This document shows positions 27,100 through 40,111 of a stretch of 64,000 nucleotides of DNA, one piece after another. Position 1 is the stretch's first letter; every line of letters begins with the position of its first letter. This DNA comes from Octopus vulgaris (lineage: Eukaryota). A program made the position numbers and the translations under genes. The notes under the pieces were generated by a model that saw nothing but the letters and a program-made list of their open reading frames with translations, was not told the origin of the DNA and ran no database searches. Location: the NCBI GenBank assembly GCA_951406725.2, contig OX597829.1, positions 24,180,001 through 24,244,000 of the forward strand, read 5' to 3'.

Positions 27100-28465
27100 A
27101 ATAATTGAAAAGAATGGATAGCATGGTATCGTAGGCTGCAGGTAGCAAACCCACTATGCATGCAAGATTCCAGGAGCTCCAACAAAACCTGTAATAAAAA
27201 GAAATAATAATAATAATAATAGGGAGACTGAAGGTTTCATATTGGCAGCACAAGATCAAAGTTTGCTTACCAAAAACTACCAGGCTAATGTTCTTCAAAA
27301 CAGTTCTGACCCTAAATGCAGAATCTGCGATATATTTGACGAAACGATAGACCATCTCATCTAGAGATGTCCTGTGCTGACATCAAATGAATACAAATAT
27401 CGCCACGATAGGATAGGATAGTATTTACATTGGAAACACTACAAAATCAGCACACCTGCTTTCAGGTATGAACATCATCCTGAGCCAGTCGTAAAAGTTA
27501 AAAACGTCACTATCCTCTGGGATTTTCCAGTCAACATCAACAGAATGATCCAGGCTAATCGACCAGACAGTCATTAAAGACAGGGAAGAAAATACTTGTA
27601 GACTAATAGATATAAGTGTTCCCACTGGTAAAGATATATCTGTTAAGGAATTTGAAAAATTATGTAAATATAAGGACCTGGAAATTGAAATAAAAAAGGT
27701 GTGGTCAGACTGAGAGCACAATATTGGCAGCACAAGACCAAGCCTTGGCCAAAAACTGGAGGGTGAATCTTAGGAATAATCAAGTATCTCCACTGTGCCA
27801 AATCTATTTAGAGTTGACAAAACAATTGCCCAAATCATGAACGAATCCCGTAAACTTGCCTGAAACCAATATAAGTTGTAGCGACACAATGAGGTAGCAA
27901 AAATGCTACATTAAAAACTGTGTGAAAAGTGAGAGTTAGAGAGAGATAAGACATGGTATGAGCACAAATCACAGAGAGTGGCAGAGTCAGAGACCTGCAA
28001 AATCCTGTGGGATTTTCCAATCCAAATAGATTAGGTGCTTAAGCACAACAAGCCAGAAGTAGTAGTGGTGGACTAAGTAGACCACATGTGCTCTATAATT
28101 GATATGTGTCCCTTTGACACACAAATAGTCAAGAAGGAAGACAAATATTAGACATATACAATCCTCTTAAGTACAAGATAGCTAAACTGTGGAAAATGAA
28201 AGTGAAGATAGTGCCAATTATTGTTGGATCCTTGTGGATAGTATCAGAAGGCATCAAGAGGAATATAAAAGACATTGGAATAGTGTCTTGCAGAACTGTT
28301 ATAAAAGGTTTGCCTCATTTAACATGATCAAAGTCATCAGGAAAGTATTAGTTGAAAAGAACAGATAGCATGGTGCGATAGGCTGCAGGTAGCAAGCCTG
28401 CTACACATGCAAGGACTCCAGAAGTTCCAACAAAACCTGAGTTAAAAAGAAAAATAATAATAATA
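27100..28465 (+). mobile_element. Stacked 3' fragments of R4/Dong-like (REL endonuclease) non-LTR elements
   Basis: Frameshifted ETEGFILAAQDQ, CCHC knuckle CRICDIFDETIDHLISRC, RHD, ILWDFPV, NRPD..IDISVP..KLCKYKDL; 3' UTR duplicated at about 27105-27220 and 28350-28465, each followed by (TAA)n. Confidence 0.75.
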
Positions 28466-28470
28466 GTATG

Positions 28471-28538
<68 letters not shown>

Positions 28539-29820
28539 ATGAGCATATGTGCTGTGGATGTCTATGAATAAATTTAAAAAGAACACAGTTTAAAAAATAT
28601 ACATATATTATCAAGTGCCATTTTTAAAATGTAAGGGATGGTAATTTATTGCCAGATGATGACAGAATATCATTTATAGCGAATTATTTCATATAACTAA
28701 TACATGTATATAGAATTGGTTGGACTAACAAACTTTGTAACAAGATATATCAACTTTCAATAGAGATGTTGTTAACAATATTTTAAAATCAACTTAATAT
28801 TATACAGTAACATTTCATAATGGTAAATTATAGGAAGAATTTTGGGAGGGAATTTCATGATTGTTTATTTTGTTTTTTGTTTTTAGGGGGCAGGGGAATT
28901 TTTTTTAAGTATTCAAAATATGAATATACTTTATATAAACTTAACAAATTTTAGATTTTTGTTTTTATATATAGCACACAACTATACATATATACAGGCA
29001 TATACTTACATTAATATATACACACACAAGAATGCATACATACACACACGTGTACACACATGCATACACTCATTTGCACTAAGTAAAAACACACATGAAT
29101 AGCACACAGAGGCAAAGAAATGCAATTATGGAATTCTTTTTCCCCATAATTTTTTAAAAATTAAAAAAAAAAAAAAAAATGAAATGTCAACAGAAATTCA
29201 TCAAAACACCATTTTTATATCTACTTGTTGTCTGATTGTTATTATTATTATTGTTATTACTATTATTAGTGGTAGTAGTATCAACAAACTATGATTGATT
29301 TGCACAACATTCTTGTTAATGATGTCTATTTCTTCTCCTCATGCTACCCAGGGGGCTTTCATTAACAGAAATTAAGCACCATGGGAGATGGGGTATGAAT
29401 GGACCTATTTTTTTCCTTCTGTTTTTTTTTCTTTCTTGAAGTTGCAACATTAAGACATTGCGAGATGTGAGAGAAGTCAATCTTATCAACTGACTAAAAT
29501 TTACATGTCATGTTGTGAAATATATATCATTTATAGAATGTTTGAAATATTGTGAAAATATCTCTCATACTACCATTTGCTCCATTTATAAACGTGCACG
29601 CATCTCTCTTTTATTCTGTATATCTTAGAGAATTAGTAATTATATTATTTTTTATTAGTAACTGTATGTTTGTTTAAATGTAAATAAATCCAAAAATCAA
29701 AACAAGTTCATTTTAAATAAGAAACGCGAAAAAAAAAACACGTTGTAACCAGTAGAAATGAAATATTGACTTATACAATGGTAATGGGGAAAAAAAATTA
29801 TTTCTTAGAACTTGAAAAAC

Positions 29821-29966
<146 letters not shown>

Positions 29967-30134
29967 GAGAAATATATAATACAATGGTTTTGCTATTTCC
30001 TGAATTTTACAAATAATGAGATCAAAAATTTTCCTTTAAAAAAACAATCAAGAAATTTAACCAGGAAAAGAATAAAAGTTTATGAACAAAAAAAATTGAA
30101 AATTTGTTGTGATTATATATACACACACACTCAC

Positions 30135-30174
<40 letters not shown>

Positions 30175-30434
30175 GTATATATATATGTGTGTATGTATGT
30201 AACTGTTTTCTGATAACAAATGTAAGAAATCAAAGAATTCCTGAAGAGTACCAAAATGTTAAGATGTTGAGATTGAATGATTCAACTGCAAAAGTTCATG
30301 ATTCTTGTCTTTTTTTTCTTTTTTCTTTCTCCTTTCTTATCTTATAAGTAATATATATATATGTATATAAAAGATATATCTGGAGGACACAGTGTGCTTT
30401 TGGTGTACATAATAATAATAATGATAACAATAAC

Positions 30435-30469
<35 letters not shown>

Positions 30470-30473
30470 CAAC

Positions 30474-30858
30474 AGACAATACAAAGAGCGTGATGCAATT
30501 GCAATAGATGTTTTATTGTTTGAACGATATTTTGACATCTAGCTTGTCTTTGTCAAGTTCAAAATGAAAAGTGATACATAGAAATTCAGAATTATAGAAA
30601 TTCAAATTTCTATAAAAATTTGAACGAGACAACCAGTACTGTACTTCTTTTTCTTTTTGTCAGTTGTAAAGTTGAAAATTGAAGGCTGATGATGCCATTC
30701 CATCAATATGAGAACACTGGTTGCCTCGTTCAAATTTTGAATTTGAATTTCTATGTATCATTTTCATTTTTGACTTGACCAAAGGCAGGCTAGCTATTGA
30801 AATATCGTTCAACCAATAAAACATCTATTGCAATCACATTGTGCTCTTTGCCTTGTCT
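30474..30858. repeat. Old imperfect inverted repeat (arms 30474-30637 and 30716-30858) about 1.1 kb downstream of the Clock stop
   Basis: tgcaatagatgttttatt / aataaaacatctattgca, gatacatagaaattca / tgaatttctatgtatc, aaatttgaacgag / ctcgttcaaattt. Confidence 0.75.
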
Positions 30859-31583
30859 ATTTTACCCCTGTGAGGAGTTATGTCAATCCTTTTAAAATAT
30901 AATAATAATAATTATTATTATTATTATAATAATAAAAAATAAAAAAAATAAATAAATTAAAAAAATAAATAAATAAAAAATAATAATAATAATAATAATA
31001 GAATATACAAAGTGCTTGCATGTATGTATATATGTATGTTTATGTGTGGGGGGAGTATAAAAAAAACCAAAATGAAAATATTTAAAACGTTTTAATCCAG
31101 AATAATAAAATAAAAATATGGTAAAAGGGAACAATGTTTAAATTAATGTAGAGGAAATATATTCATAATTGTAATTGACTATTTTTTTTATCCTCTTTCA
31201 AAAACACCCCCAATATTATTATTATTATTATTATTTGTATCTCCTTGTGGCAACAACAAAGGAATCATCATCATCATCATCATCAATGTTAATATTATTA
31301 CTATTGTTTCTAAATTAGACAATCTTTTCCCACCACCACCACCACAAATTCATATGTTTTCAAGTGCTAATGCACATGTATTTATATTAATAGCTGTGTG
31401 TGTGTGTGTATGTGTAATATTTGCTTGCCAAAGTTCAGACTTGGATTTACAATTATTCAATTTATAATATATGAGACTAGTTCATTATAAAGATTTGCCA
31501 TACACACACAAACACACACACACATACACACAAACACATGTATATGTGTATGTTTATATAGATGTATATATATAATATATATG

Positions 31584-31649
<66 letters not shown>

Positions 31650-31880
31650 GCATAGTTATATATAAATAAATATATGTTTATTTATATGTATGCATATATG
31701 TATATACAAGGATGTGTGTGTGTGTATATACACAGACAGAAGCATATGTGCACATGTGTATATATATATCTTTGTATGTACATATACAAACACATGTCAT
31801 ATTACATAAACACATTTACATGCATATGTGTGTATACATGTGTATGCACGAGTGTCTAAGAATGTGTATATGTGTGTGTG

Positions 31881-31921
<41 letters not shown>

Positions 31922-31952
31922 TATAATTCCCAGCACTATTATTTTCTGTGTA

Positions 31953-32179
31953 TCACTGCTGTGGTTGCTGATGTACATTAGGTGTACTGGAACTAGGTGA
32001 CTGACGTAGAATTTGTCCAGAGGTAGTGGGAAGTATTTGGAAAGGCAAAAATTGCTGCTGTACTGGTTGCTGGATGGTGACAGGGTGTTGCAAAATATTA
32101 AACTGGGAAGTGGAAGGTGTGTTGTGAACATCTGTTGTCTGTGAAGTAAATGTGGGATTCATCATCAACATCTGTGTTC
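31953..32179 (-). CDS. Clock: Clock-like gene, terminal coding exon (GTQMLMMNPTF...NVHQQPQQ-stop)
   Basis: Acceptor ctcttttatatttccAG in phase 1, matching the previous donor; Q/P/S/T-rich frame ending in TGA at 31953-31955. Confidence 0.75.
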
Positions 32180-33835
32180 CTGGAAATATAAAAGAGAACC
32201 AAATTAATAATTTAACTTCATAAAATTTAATGAATTGGATGTTTAGATATGAATATACTGCTTTTATTTCAATTATCTTTAAAAATAATGAACAATTTGA
32301 TAAAATAATTTTGTTGTTATTATTAAGTTGGTGTTTAACAAAAGATTTTGAAGGAAGATTTTAATTTAGACCACTTTAACTAGTTTGTTACCATATTTTT
32401 GTTGCAATACACTGTCTTTGTTTTAATTAAGTAATTTTGAAATAAAACATTTAATAAAGTAACTTCGTCATTATTAAGCTATTGTTTGGAACATAAATTA
32501 ACATGAACTTTTAGTGAAAGGCATTGATTTAGGTCACTTTAACTTTTTGTCACCTATTTCTGTTGAAAAACACTGCCTCTGCTTCTGTTAATTTTGGAAT
32601 TAATGAAATAACTTTGTCATAATCCAAAACATGGACTATGAAACAATAATAAGCTACACATGACTGTATAAAACATTTCATAGAGTGAGCACAAGACCAA
32701 ATACAAGATTTACAGACACATTCCGTTCATTTTTAAAATTGATTCTCAATTCTGGGTAGACTTCGCTAGCTGCTACTATGGTACTAATTACCATGTCATA
32801 TTAGATGTGTTATATTTTAGAGACTTTTTACATGGTGCCACATAAAAAAGTACCCGGTGCATAGTGTAAGTACATAGTGTAAGGCAGTTGGTGTTAGAAA
32901 GAGCATCCATCCATAGAAACCATGCCAAAACAGACAATTGGAGCCTGGTGCAGTTCTATAGCTTGCCAGTTCCTTGTCAAATGGTTCAATCTATGTGTTA
33001 TGAAGTGTGTGTACATGTTGCATGTAAAATAGTATAACTCAAATAAATATTCGAATGTGGTTATTTAAAATAACCTATTGCAGAATTATTATGTTTACAC
33101 AAAACGCACTCCATACTACTCGAACATAGGTATGATATAAAACCAACACACATTGCACTAACACAGTAACCAATATGGTCAACCAACACTGTCAACTGTC
33201 ATGGACAGTTGACACAGTTCTTGATTTATTGCAATCCATTAGTCCACTTTCAGTCACATGGAGGTGTTCAGGACCTTTCCACAACACTATGTTAGCATGA
33301 AAAACAGATTAAATGATGATGAGCTTTGCACCCTAATAAAGGATGAAAATTACTCAATTACATTGATGTTATTGGTAGAAATACAAAACATAAAACTGAG
33401 GTTATACCGAGGAGTGAAGGGTGCCTCAATTTTAAAAAAATCATTATTAAGCTAGTATTTAGAACATAAATTAGCACAAATTTTGATGGAAGGCTTTTAG
33501 ATCTCTTCAAAGCAGTAAGCTTGTGTTATGAAACCAGGGGTGGTTTCAGTTGGATTGGCATCATATGGGTTGAAGTGACTTATTTTAATGTTCATAAACT
33601 TTCATTGCACTATTTCTGTTGTAGTATACAGCAGTTGTTTCAATTAATTTTGAAAATTTACAAAGAATTTAGTGAAAATAGCTGTTGTTAATAAACTGGT
33701 GTTTTGAACATAAAATTAGAGATGATAGGTTCCAATTTAGCTCACTTTAGAACAGAAATTTTGAATCATAGGGGCAGGGGTAGGTTGGTACCTAAAGGAT
33801 TAAATTCAAATTGTGCTAAAACTTAGTCACATGAT

Positions 33836-34222
33836 CTCTTTTACTTGTTTCAGTCATTTGACTTTGGCCATGCTGGAGCACCGCCTTTAGTCGAATAAAT
33901 TGACCCCAGGACTTATTCTTTGTAAGCCTAGTACTTATTCTATCGGTTTCTTTTGCCGAACCGCTAAGTTACGGGGACATAAATACACCAGCATCGGTTG
34001 TCAAGCAATGTTAAGGGGACAAACACAGACACACAAACACACACACACATATATATATACGACGGGCTTCTTTCAGTTTCTGTCTACCAAATCCACTCAC
34101 AAGGCTTTGGTTGGCCCGAGGCTATAGTAGAAGACACTTGCCCAAGGTGCCACGCAGTCGGATTGAACCCGGAACCATGTGGTTCATAAGCAAGCTACTT
34201 ACAACAGAGCCACTCCTATGTC
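33836..34222 (-). mobile_element. tRNA-derived SINE, family A
   Basis: Reverse complement of 36702-37110; internal (TA)/(CA) tract. Confidence 0.85.
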
Positions 34223-34619
34223 TATCAACTTTTAATTAACTGACAAAGGTTAATTAGCATCATATCAGATAGAAAAATGATGACTCATCTAATTAAGCAT
34301 AAACTGTTTGCTAAAACATTTAAACAGCTTGCAAAATCCATTTACTATGTTATCTAAAATGCTGACTGATGGAAAAACAAAAACAAAAAAAAGATGGTTG
34401 TTCTCTCTCCAAGAGAAAGGCTAACACCAGAAAGATAAAATTTTGCATATTTTAGATGAACTATTTAAATTACTTGATATGTTCATAGATCTAATAGAAA
34501 GACTTGCCAAAGATTTACTTATTTAGTGTTTTATAATCATACTCATGTTAGTGTATTTATATAAAGTGGTGTGTCTAATTTAAGGTTTAATATTTTATCT
34601 AATATTTTATCTATTTTAA

Positions 34620-34839
34620 CCTTTTTGTTACTAACCCGGCCAAAACCAGCTCAGGTTCTGTGGTAAAATGTCTTGTTTTCGTAAGTTTTGAATTAAAATA
34701 TTCCACCAAGCCTTAGTCACAATTTACATTCCTAACACTAGGTTAATGATAACTAAGTTATTTTACTAAATTCTTTGTTATATTTAAAATAATTGAAAGA
34801 AACACAGTGCATCTCAAAATAAATACAGTAACGAAAGGG
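34620..34839. mobile_element. TTAA-flanked MITE (piggyBac-like ends)
   Basis: TTAA|CCTTTTTGTTACT ... AGTAACGAAAGGG|TTAA; related ttaacc...ggttaa elements near 6465-6690, 32200-32600, 38958-39178. Confidence 0.6.
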
Positions 34840-35269
34840 TTAAAACTAATGGTGTAAGATGTGTATTTATATAGAGTGGTGTGTCTTGTCCAAGGTTTAA
34901 CACTTTTATCACAACGCTGATTTAAAATTTTGGCACAAAGCCAACAATTTTGGGTGTTGAGGTAAGTCAATTTACACAGACACTAATGCTCAACTGATAC
35001 TTATTCTACAAACCCTAAAAGGATGAAAGACGGTCGACTTCAGAACATAAAGACAGGCAATATGCCACTAGGCATTTTGCCTGGCATGATAATGATTCTG
35101 CTATCTCATTGCCTTAGATATTGTAATACAAATGGTGCTTGATGTGTACTATATAGAGTGGTGCATCCTGAATAAGGTGGAATGTCATTAAAATCAGGAT
35201 ACCAGTTTTACACGTCAGTTTGCTCCTCACTCACTTTTCCAAGAAATAAAAATATGAAGAAATTCTTAC

Positions 35270-35447
35270 CTGGAGTTGCAGCATCAGTAATTGGCATGAA
35301 CTGTTGTGCTAGAGTAAGTTCCTCGGTGATTTGTCTCAGCTCTTCTTGTTGTCTGAGAATTGTTTGTTGCAGTTGCTGAGATTTGAATTTGAGTTGTTTA
35401 TGTAATTGTTTTTGAGCTGGAGTTAAAAACAACTGGGGGAACAAATT
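35270..35447 (-). CDS. Clock: Clock-like gene, exon encoding the CLOCK exon-19-type coiled coil (NLFPQLFLTPAQKQLHKQLKFKSQQLQQTILRQQEELRQITEELTLAQQ)
   Basis: I-x-RQQEELR-x-I-x-E-x-L matches the CLOCK/NPAS2 exon-19 motif (mammalian IHRQQEELRKIQEQL). Acceptor gatttcAG, donor CCAG|GTAAGA, phase 0-1. Confidence 0.8.
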
Positions 35448-35721
35448 CTGAAATCAATAAAAAACGTATTTTAAACATTTCATTTATGTTGCTTAGAAAG
35501 TTTCAGTTAAAAGTTGTAATTTAAAACAAAATTGTTTAATGTTTTTTCTGTTGTATTATACATTTGTTGCTTACCTTTAAATCACACTGAATTAATTTTA
35601 TGAACATTGTCTGAGATGGTAGGTAGAGGTCTATTGTCTCAATAATAAAAAAAAGAAAACCAAAAAGCCTTGATAATGTTCCTGAAAAATTCTTATTCAA
35701 ACTTTTTAACAGCATCTGACA

Positions 35722-36068
35722 ACTGGTAATATACAATTGTGACATCTTGTGATATCTGGTGAAATAACATTGTGACATCTGGAGAAATATCATTGTGACA
35801 TCTGGTAGTATACTGTTGCGATATACCAACATGATATCTGGTGATATACCATCATGACATCTAGTGGGATCTGATGATATATCATTGACATCTGGTGATA
35901 TACCATCATGACATCTGGTGATATATTATTGTGATATTTGGTGACATACCATTGTGACATATCATTATGATATACCATTGTGATATCTAAGCTACATTGT
36001 CCTGACATAGGTGATATACCATTTTGACATCTAATGATATCTCACCCTGAAGATTTGTAGTATACCAT
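35722..36068 (+). repeat. Intronic minisatellite, about 22-bp unit GATATACCATTGTGACATCTGGT, about 15 degenerate copies
   Basis: Repeated gatataccat...tgacatctggt units read directly. Confidence 0.85.
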
Positions 36069-36701
36069 CCTCTTTCAAAAAACACCTTTCACTATCAAAA
36101 GGATTTTGGAGCCATATGTAAAAACAATAGACCAATAAATCTTTTAAATCACAATTACAAATTATTCATGATCATTGTCGGTTTTCATAGAAAACAAACC
36201 TCTACTTTTGCGTACCTTATTATTTGACAGCCTATTATTCTGGAAGAGGTACAATCATAGAATAATTATTTTACTTTGCTGCAAATTATAGAAATACCAA
36301 TTGCATTCAACTCAATTCATATTGTTTGTGCCCATTTTCCTAAGAATTTTCACAGCAGACACTTCTTGTTGCTTTAGAAAGTTCCAGACAACAGCTCAAT
36401 TAGATCACATCAACTTAAATCTACATGTGAATGCTCATAATGAGATATAAAGTCTGTTGGTCATACAAGTAGATTGGAGAAATAAAGAAAAGGGTTAAGC
36501 ATAGGGACATTTTGCAGACTATCCTATCCTGCAGGCAGTGAGAAAAAAAAGGACAGGGATATCTATATAGAGTAAGTTAATCCCTAATATAAGTTATATA
36601 GATATTGGTTTGTCTACATCTCCATAACTTGGTTGTTAGGCGAACGAGACCAACAGAATAAGTAACAGACTTTAAAAAAATAATTTTTAAAAAATGTAAG
36701 T

Positions 36702-37110
36702 GGCGCAGGAGTGGCTGTGTGGTAAGTAGCTTGTTTACCAACCACATGGCTCCGGGTTCAGTCCCACTGCGTGACACCTTGAGCAAGTGTCTTCTACTAT
36801 AGCCTCGGGCCGACCAAAGCCTTGTGAGTGGATTTGGTAGACAGAAACTGAAAGAAGCCCATCGTATATATGTATATATATATATATGCGTGTGTGTGTT
36901 TGTGTGTCTGTGTTTGTCCCCCTAGCATTGCTTGACAACCGATGCTGGTGTGTTTATGTCCCCGTTACTTAGCGGTTCGGCAAAAGAGACCGATAGAATA
37001 TGTACTGGGCTTACAAAAGAATAAGTCCCGGGGTCGAGTTGCTCAATTAAAGGCAGTGCTCCAGCATGGCCGCAGTCAAATGACTGAAACAAGTAAAAGA
37101 GTAAAGAGTA
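36702..37110 (+). mobile_element. tRNA-derived SINE, family A (full length)
   Basis: Head GGCGCAGGAGTGGCTGTGTGGTAAG (A box) and GGTTCAGTCCC (B box), central microsatellite, tail gactgaaacaagtaaaagag. Other copies 41881-42250(-), 7067-7180(-), 52400-52530. Confidence 0.85.
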
Positions 37111-39340
37111 AGTACTAGGGTTCGTTTGTTTGAGTGAAACCCTTCAAAGCCACAGTCCAATTACTGAAGCAATTAAAAGGTAAGAAGTATTACCATCAAT
37201 ATATCTTCTTTACAGCAGTGCACCTGTCTCTGTCCTCATTTTTGATCACCCTCTCACTCTTTCTCTGGCTGGGTAACCATGTACCTCCTCTACAGCAAGA
37301 CACCTGTTTCTGTCTCTCTGTCTCACTATAACCTTTCATTATCTGACACAAGATCACCTCCTCCAATGCCTCCTCTCCTCTCTCAAAGGATCTTTGTCTT
37401 GCAGATTACTTGGTGACCCTGCCAGTGTTGGTGCCAAAAAGCACCCAGTCCACACTGTAGAGTGGTTGGCATTTGGAAGGGCATCCTGCTGTCAAAACCA
37501 TGACAAAACTGACCTCGCTGGTGCTTGTGCCATGCAAAAGCACTCTGTCCACTCAGCTGTAAAAACTGTCCCAAAACAGACACAGAGGTCTGGTGCAGTC
37601 TCCTGCCTGGTCAGCTTCTGCCAAACCATCCAACCCATGCCAGCATGGAAGGCAGAAGTTAAATGATGATGATGATGATAATCTCTAGTCATTGAATATG
37701 TTGTGTTTAGTTGTTGCAATAAAGGTACAGCAAATAAGTGCATCTGTTGCCAAGTCCTGAGCTAAATGTAACTGCAATTCAAATATTATTATTGGTCATG
37801 GAAAATCTGGTACTAAGCACTCTTCTGTGAAACAGTCTAACCTTAATTTAGAAAGGAGATTTCTTGTTAGCACTAAATCTCTATTTTTTTGCATTTTATC
37901 GGGTTAACTTCTTTGGATTTTTGTGCCTTTGATTTTCAAACATAATGGCATTTATGCTATTATGTTTGAAAATGCCTCAAGAAATGAATTAGAATTCAGT
38001 TATATTATCTATTTATGATTTAATTAAAGAAATGGAGCTTAGAATTGGAGAAAATTAGTGATATTTCAGCGTCCTCTCTAAACATCCATTATCAAAGTAA
38101 TATCAGGATTTATGATTTTGAGCAAAAGTAGTGTTATCACAAACTTAAAATTGCATCAATACTTTCATTACTATATGGCTAGGATCATTATAAAACAACA
38201 ACAGCAACGACAATGAACTGATATATTTTAAATGTAGGTCTCTGGATACTAGTGAATTCATGAGGAGAATGTAACTTAATTTTACAGTATTTTTGAATAG
38301 TGGAGATGAGGGCATATCTCAACATTCTTTTTCTGATGAGAATTGTGCAGCTCCAAGTTATAAGACTAACTGGAGCTCAAATTCAGTTCTGAGACAGGAA
38401 ATTGATATCTCATAAATATATGTAAAAATACCTATGTGTAATCAATTTAACTGTATCTAACTTACCTGGGCAGGTGACAGTGACATGACAAAAAGGTTAA
38501 ACCTACAGTAACAATGTACACCAATGATTATTGTACTGAATCAAAATATTTCATCCAGATTCATGCAATAATTTATATTTTTATGTTTTTTTTTTTATCT
38601 TGGATTATTACACTTCATTAAATTCTCTAGTTTCTAATTTATAAAGAGAGAGAACGGCGGGAATTTAAGAGTTAACATTCACACATTGGTTTCCTCTGAA
38701 TGTAATTAAACCTTAGATCTACTTTTTATCATTTTTGAAAATGAAATATAGGTGAGAGAGAGAGGGGGGAGAGGAAGAGAGAGAGAGAGAGCAGACAGAT
38801 AAATAGATAGTTAGATAGATAGATAGAGAGAGGCAGGTAGACTAATAGATAAAGAAAGAGAGATGTCAACCCTTTCCTGATAGGAAAATCTCTATACAGT
38901 TACAGAACCCACAAGAAATTGAAGCCAAATCCCCTTCAAAGCATGTACTACTGGCTTTAACCTTTAGCATTTAAACCAGCCATAGCCGGCCTAAATATTC
39001 AGTTTTATATTCAAACTGTCATGGTCCAGCCTCTCACACCTACCCTACAATGTAATTTTAAAAATAAACAATCACATCATCAAAGTCTTAAAGCCATGAG
39101 ATAAAGCATGATTAATTCAGAACAATATGAATAAATAAGTATCATATTTCACGGAATAATCTGAATGTTAAACAGTTAAAAAACAAACCTAGAATCAGAA
39201 CAATTCAATGAGGTGTTCCCTATCTGTAACAACTTTGTTTACAGATCTGCTCCGTCAGAATAGATCTATTCTAATTAAGCGAAAACAAAGAAGAAAATTC
39301 AACAAATCAAAAGATAAAATGCAAATAAATGTAAGCTTAC

Positions 39341-39424
39341 AGCAGGACTTTGGGTAAGTTGAGAAAGAGGTATCCCTGATACAGCTAATGTAGGTTGTCC
39401 TTGGGTAAGCACAGTAGATAATTG
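39341..39424 (-). CDS. Clock: Clock-like gene, 84-nt internal exon (QLSTVLTQGQPTLAVSGIPLSQLTQSPA)
   Basis: Strong acceptor ttttcttttccttctctttatAG, donor GTAAGC, phase 0-0, no stop; Q/S/T/P-rich like the neighbouring exons. Not in the ORF track. Confidence 0.7.
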
Positions 39425-39756
39425 CTATAAAGAGAAGGAAAAGAAAACATTCAAAATGATTTTGGTTAAACAGAGAGAATAGTTATATATTCAACACTAT
39501 GAGTCTACCATATATGCATAATGTAAATGTAAAGGATCTTTGTTAAATAGAACAATAGCATGTACACTAACTATTCTACCTATCTATTTGTGCATATCTG
39601 CCAGTGCCATGTATGCCATAAGGTCTGCAGTTTTTTTGTAATGTTGTTGCAGCTCTAATAAAAAAAAAGCATATTACTCTACCCCCGGTAGTCAAGTACT
39701 ATTTTTTTCCACTTTGTTTGGCATTTATGTGCTTACACATGTGTCTGTGTGTGTAT

Positions 39757-39801
<45 letters not shown>

Positions 39802-39803
<2 letters not shown>

Positions 39804-40065
39804 TTTTGTTATATTTCGGAATGGTCATATTGCCAGTTTAGCCAATAAAAACACACGCACTATATATTTGGTGTTACTTTGCTTCAGTGTTATTTATTTT
39901 TTACATTAATCTTAATCTTATTTCGGCGAAAGAACTCTGGCCGAAATAAGATTAAGATTAATGTAAAAAATCAATATCATTGAAGCAAAATAACACCAAA
40001 TATATAGTGCGTGTGTTTTTATTGGCTAAACTGGCAATATGACCATTCCGAAATATAACAAAATG
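39802..40065. repeat. Near-perfect hairpin (126-bp arms, 12-nt loop) in (TA)n, within a Clock intron
   Basis: 39802-39927 is the reverse complement of 39940-40065; GCC-GAAA abuts the loop. Confidence 0.9.
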
Positions 40066-40066
40066 A

Positions 40067-40111
<45 letters not shown>

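Noticed and set aside
35722-36068. CRISPR-like appearance of the regular short repeats
   Set aside because: No unique spacers, degenerate head-to-tail units, eukaryotic context, no cas genes.
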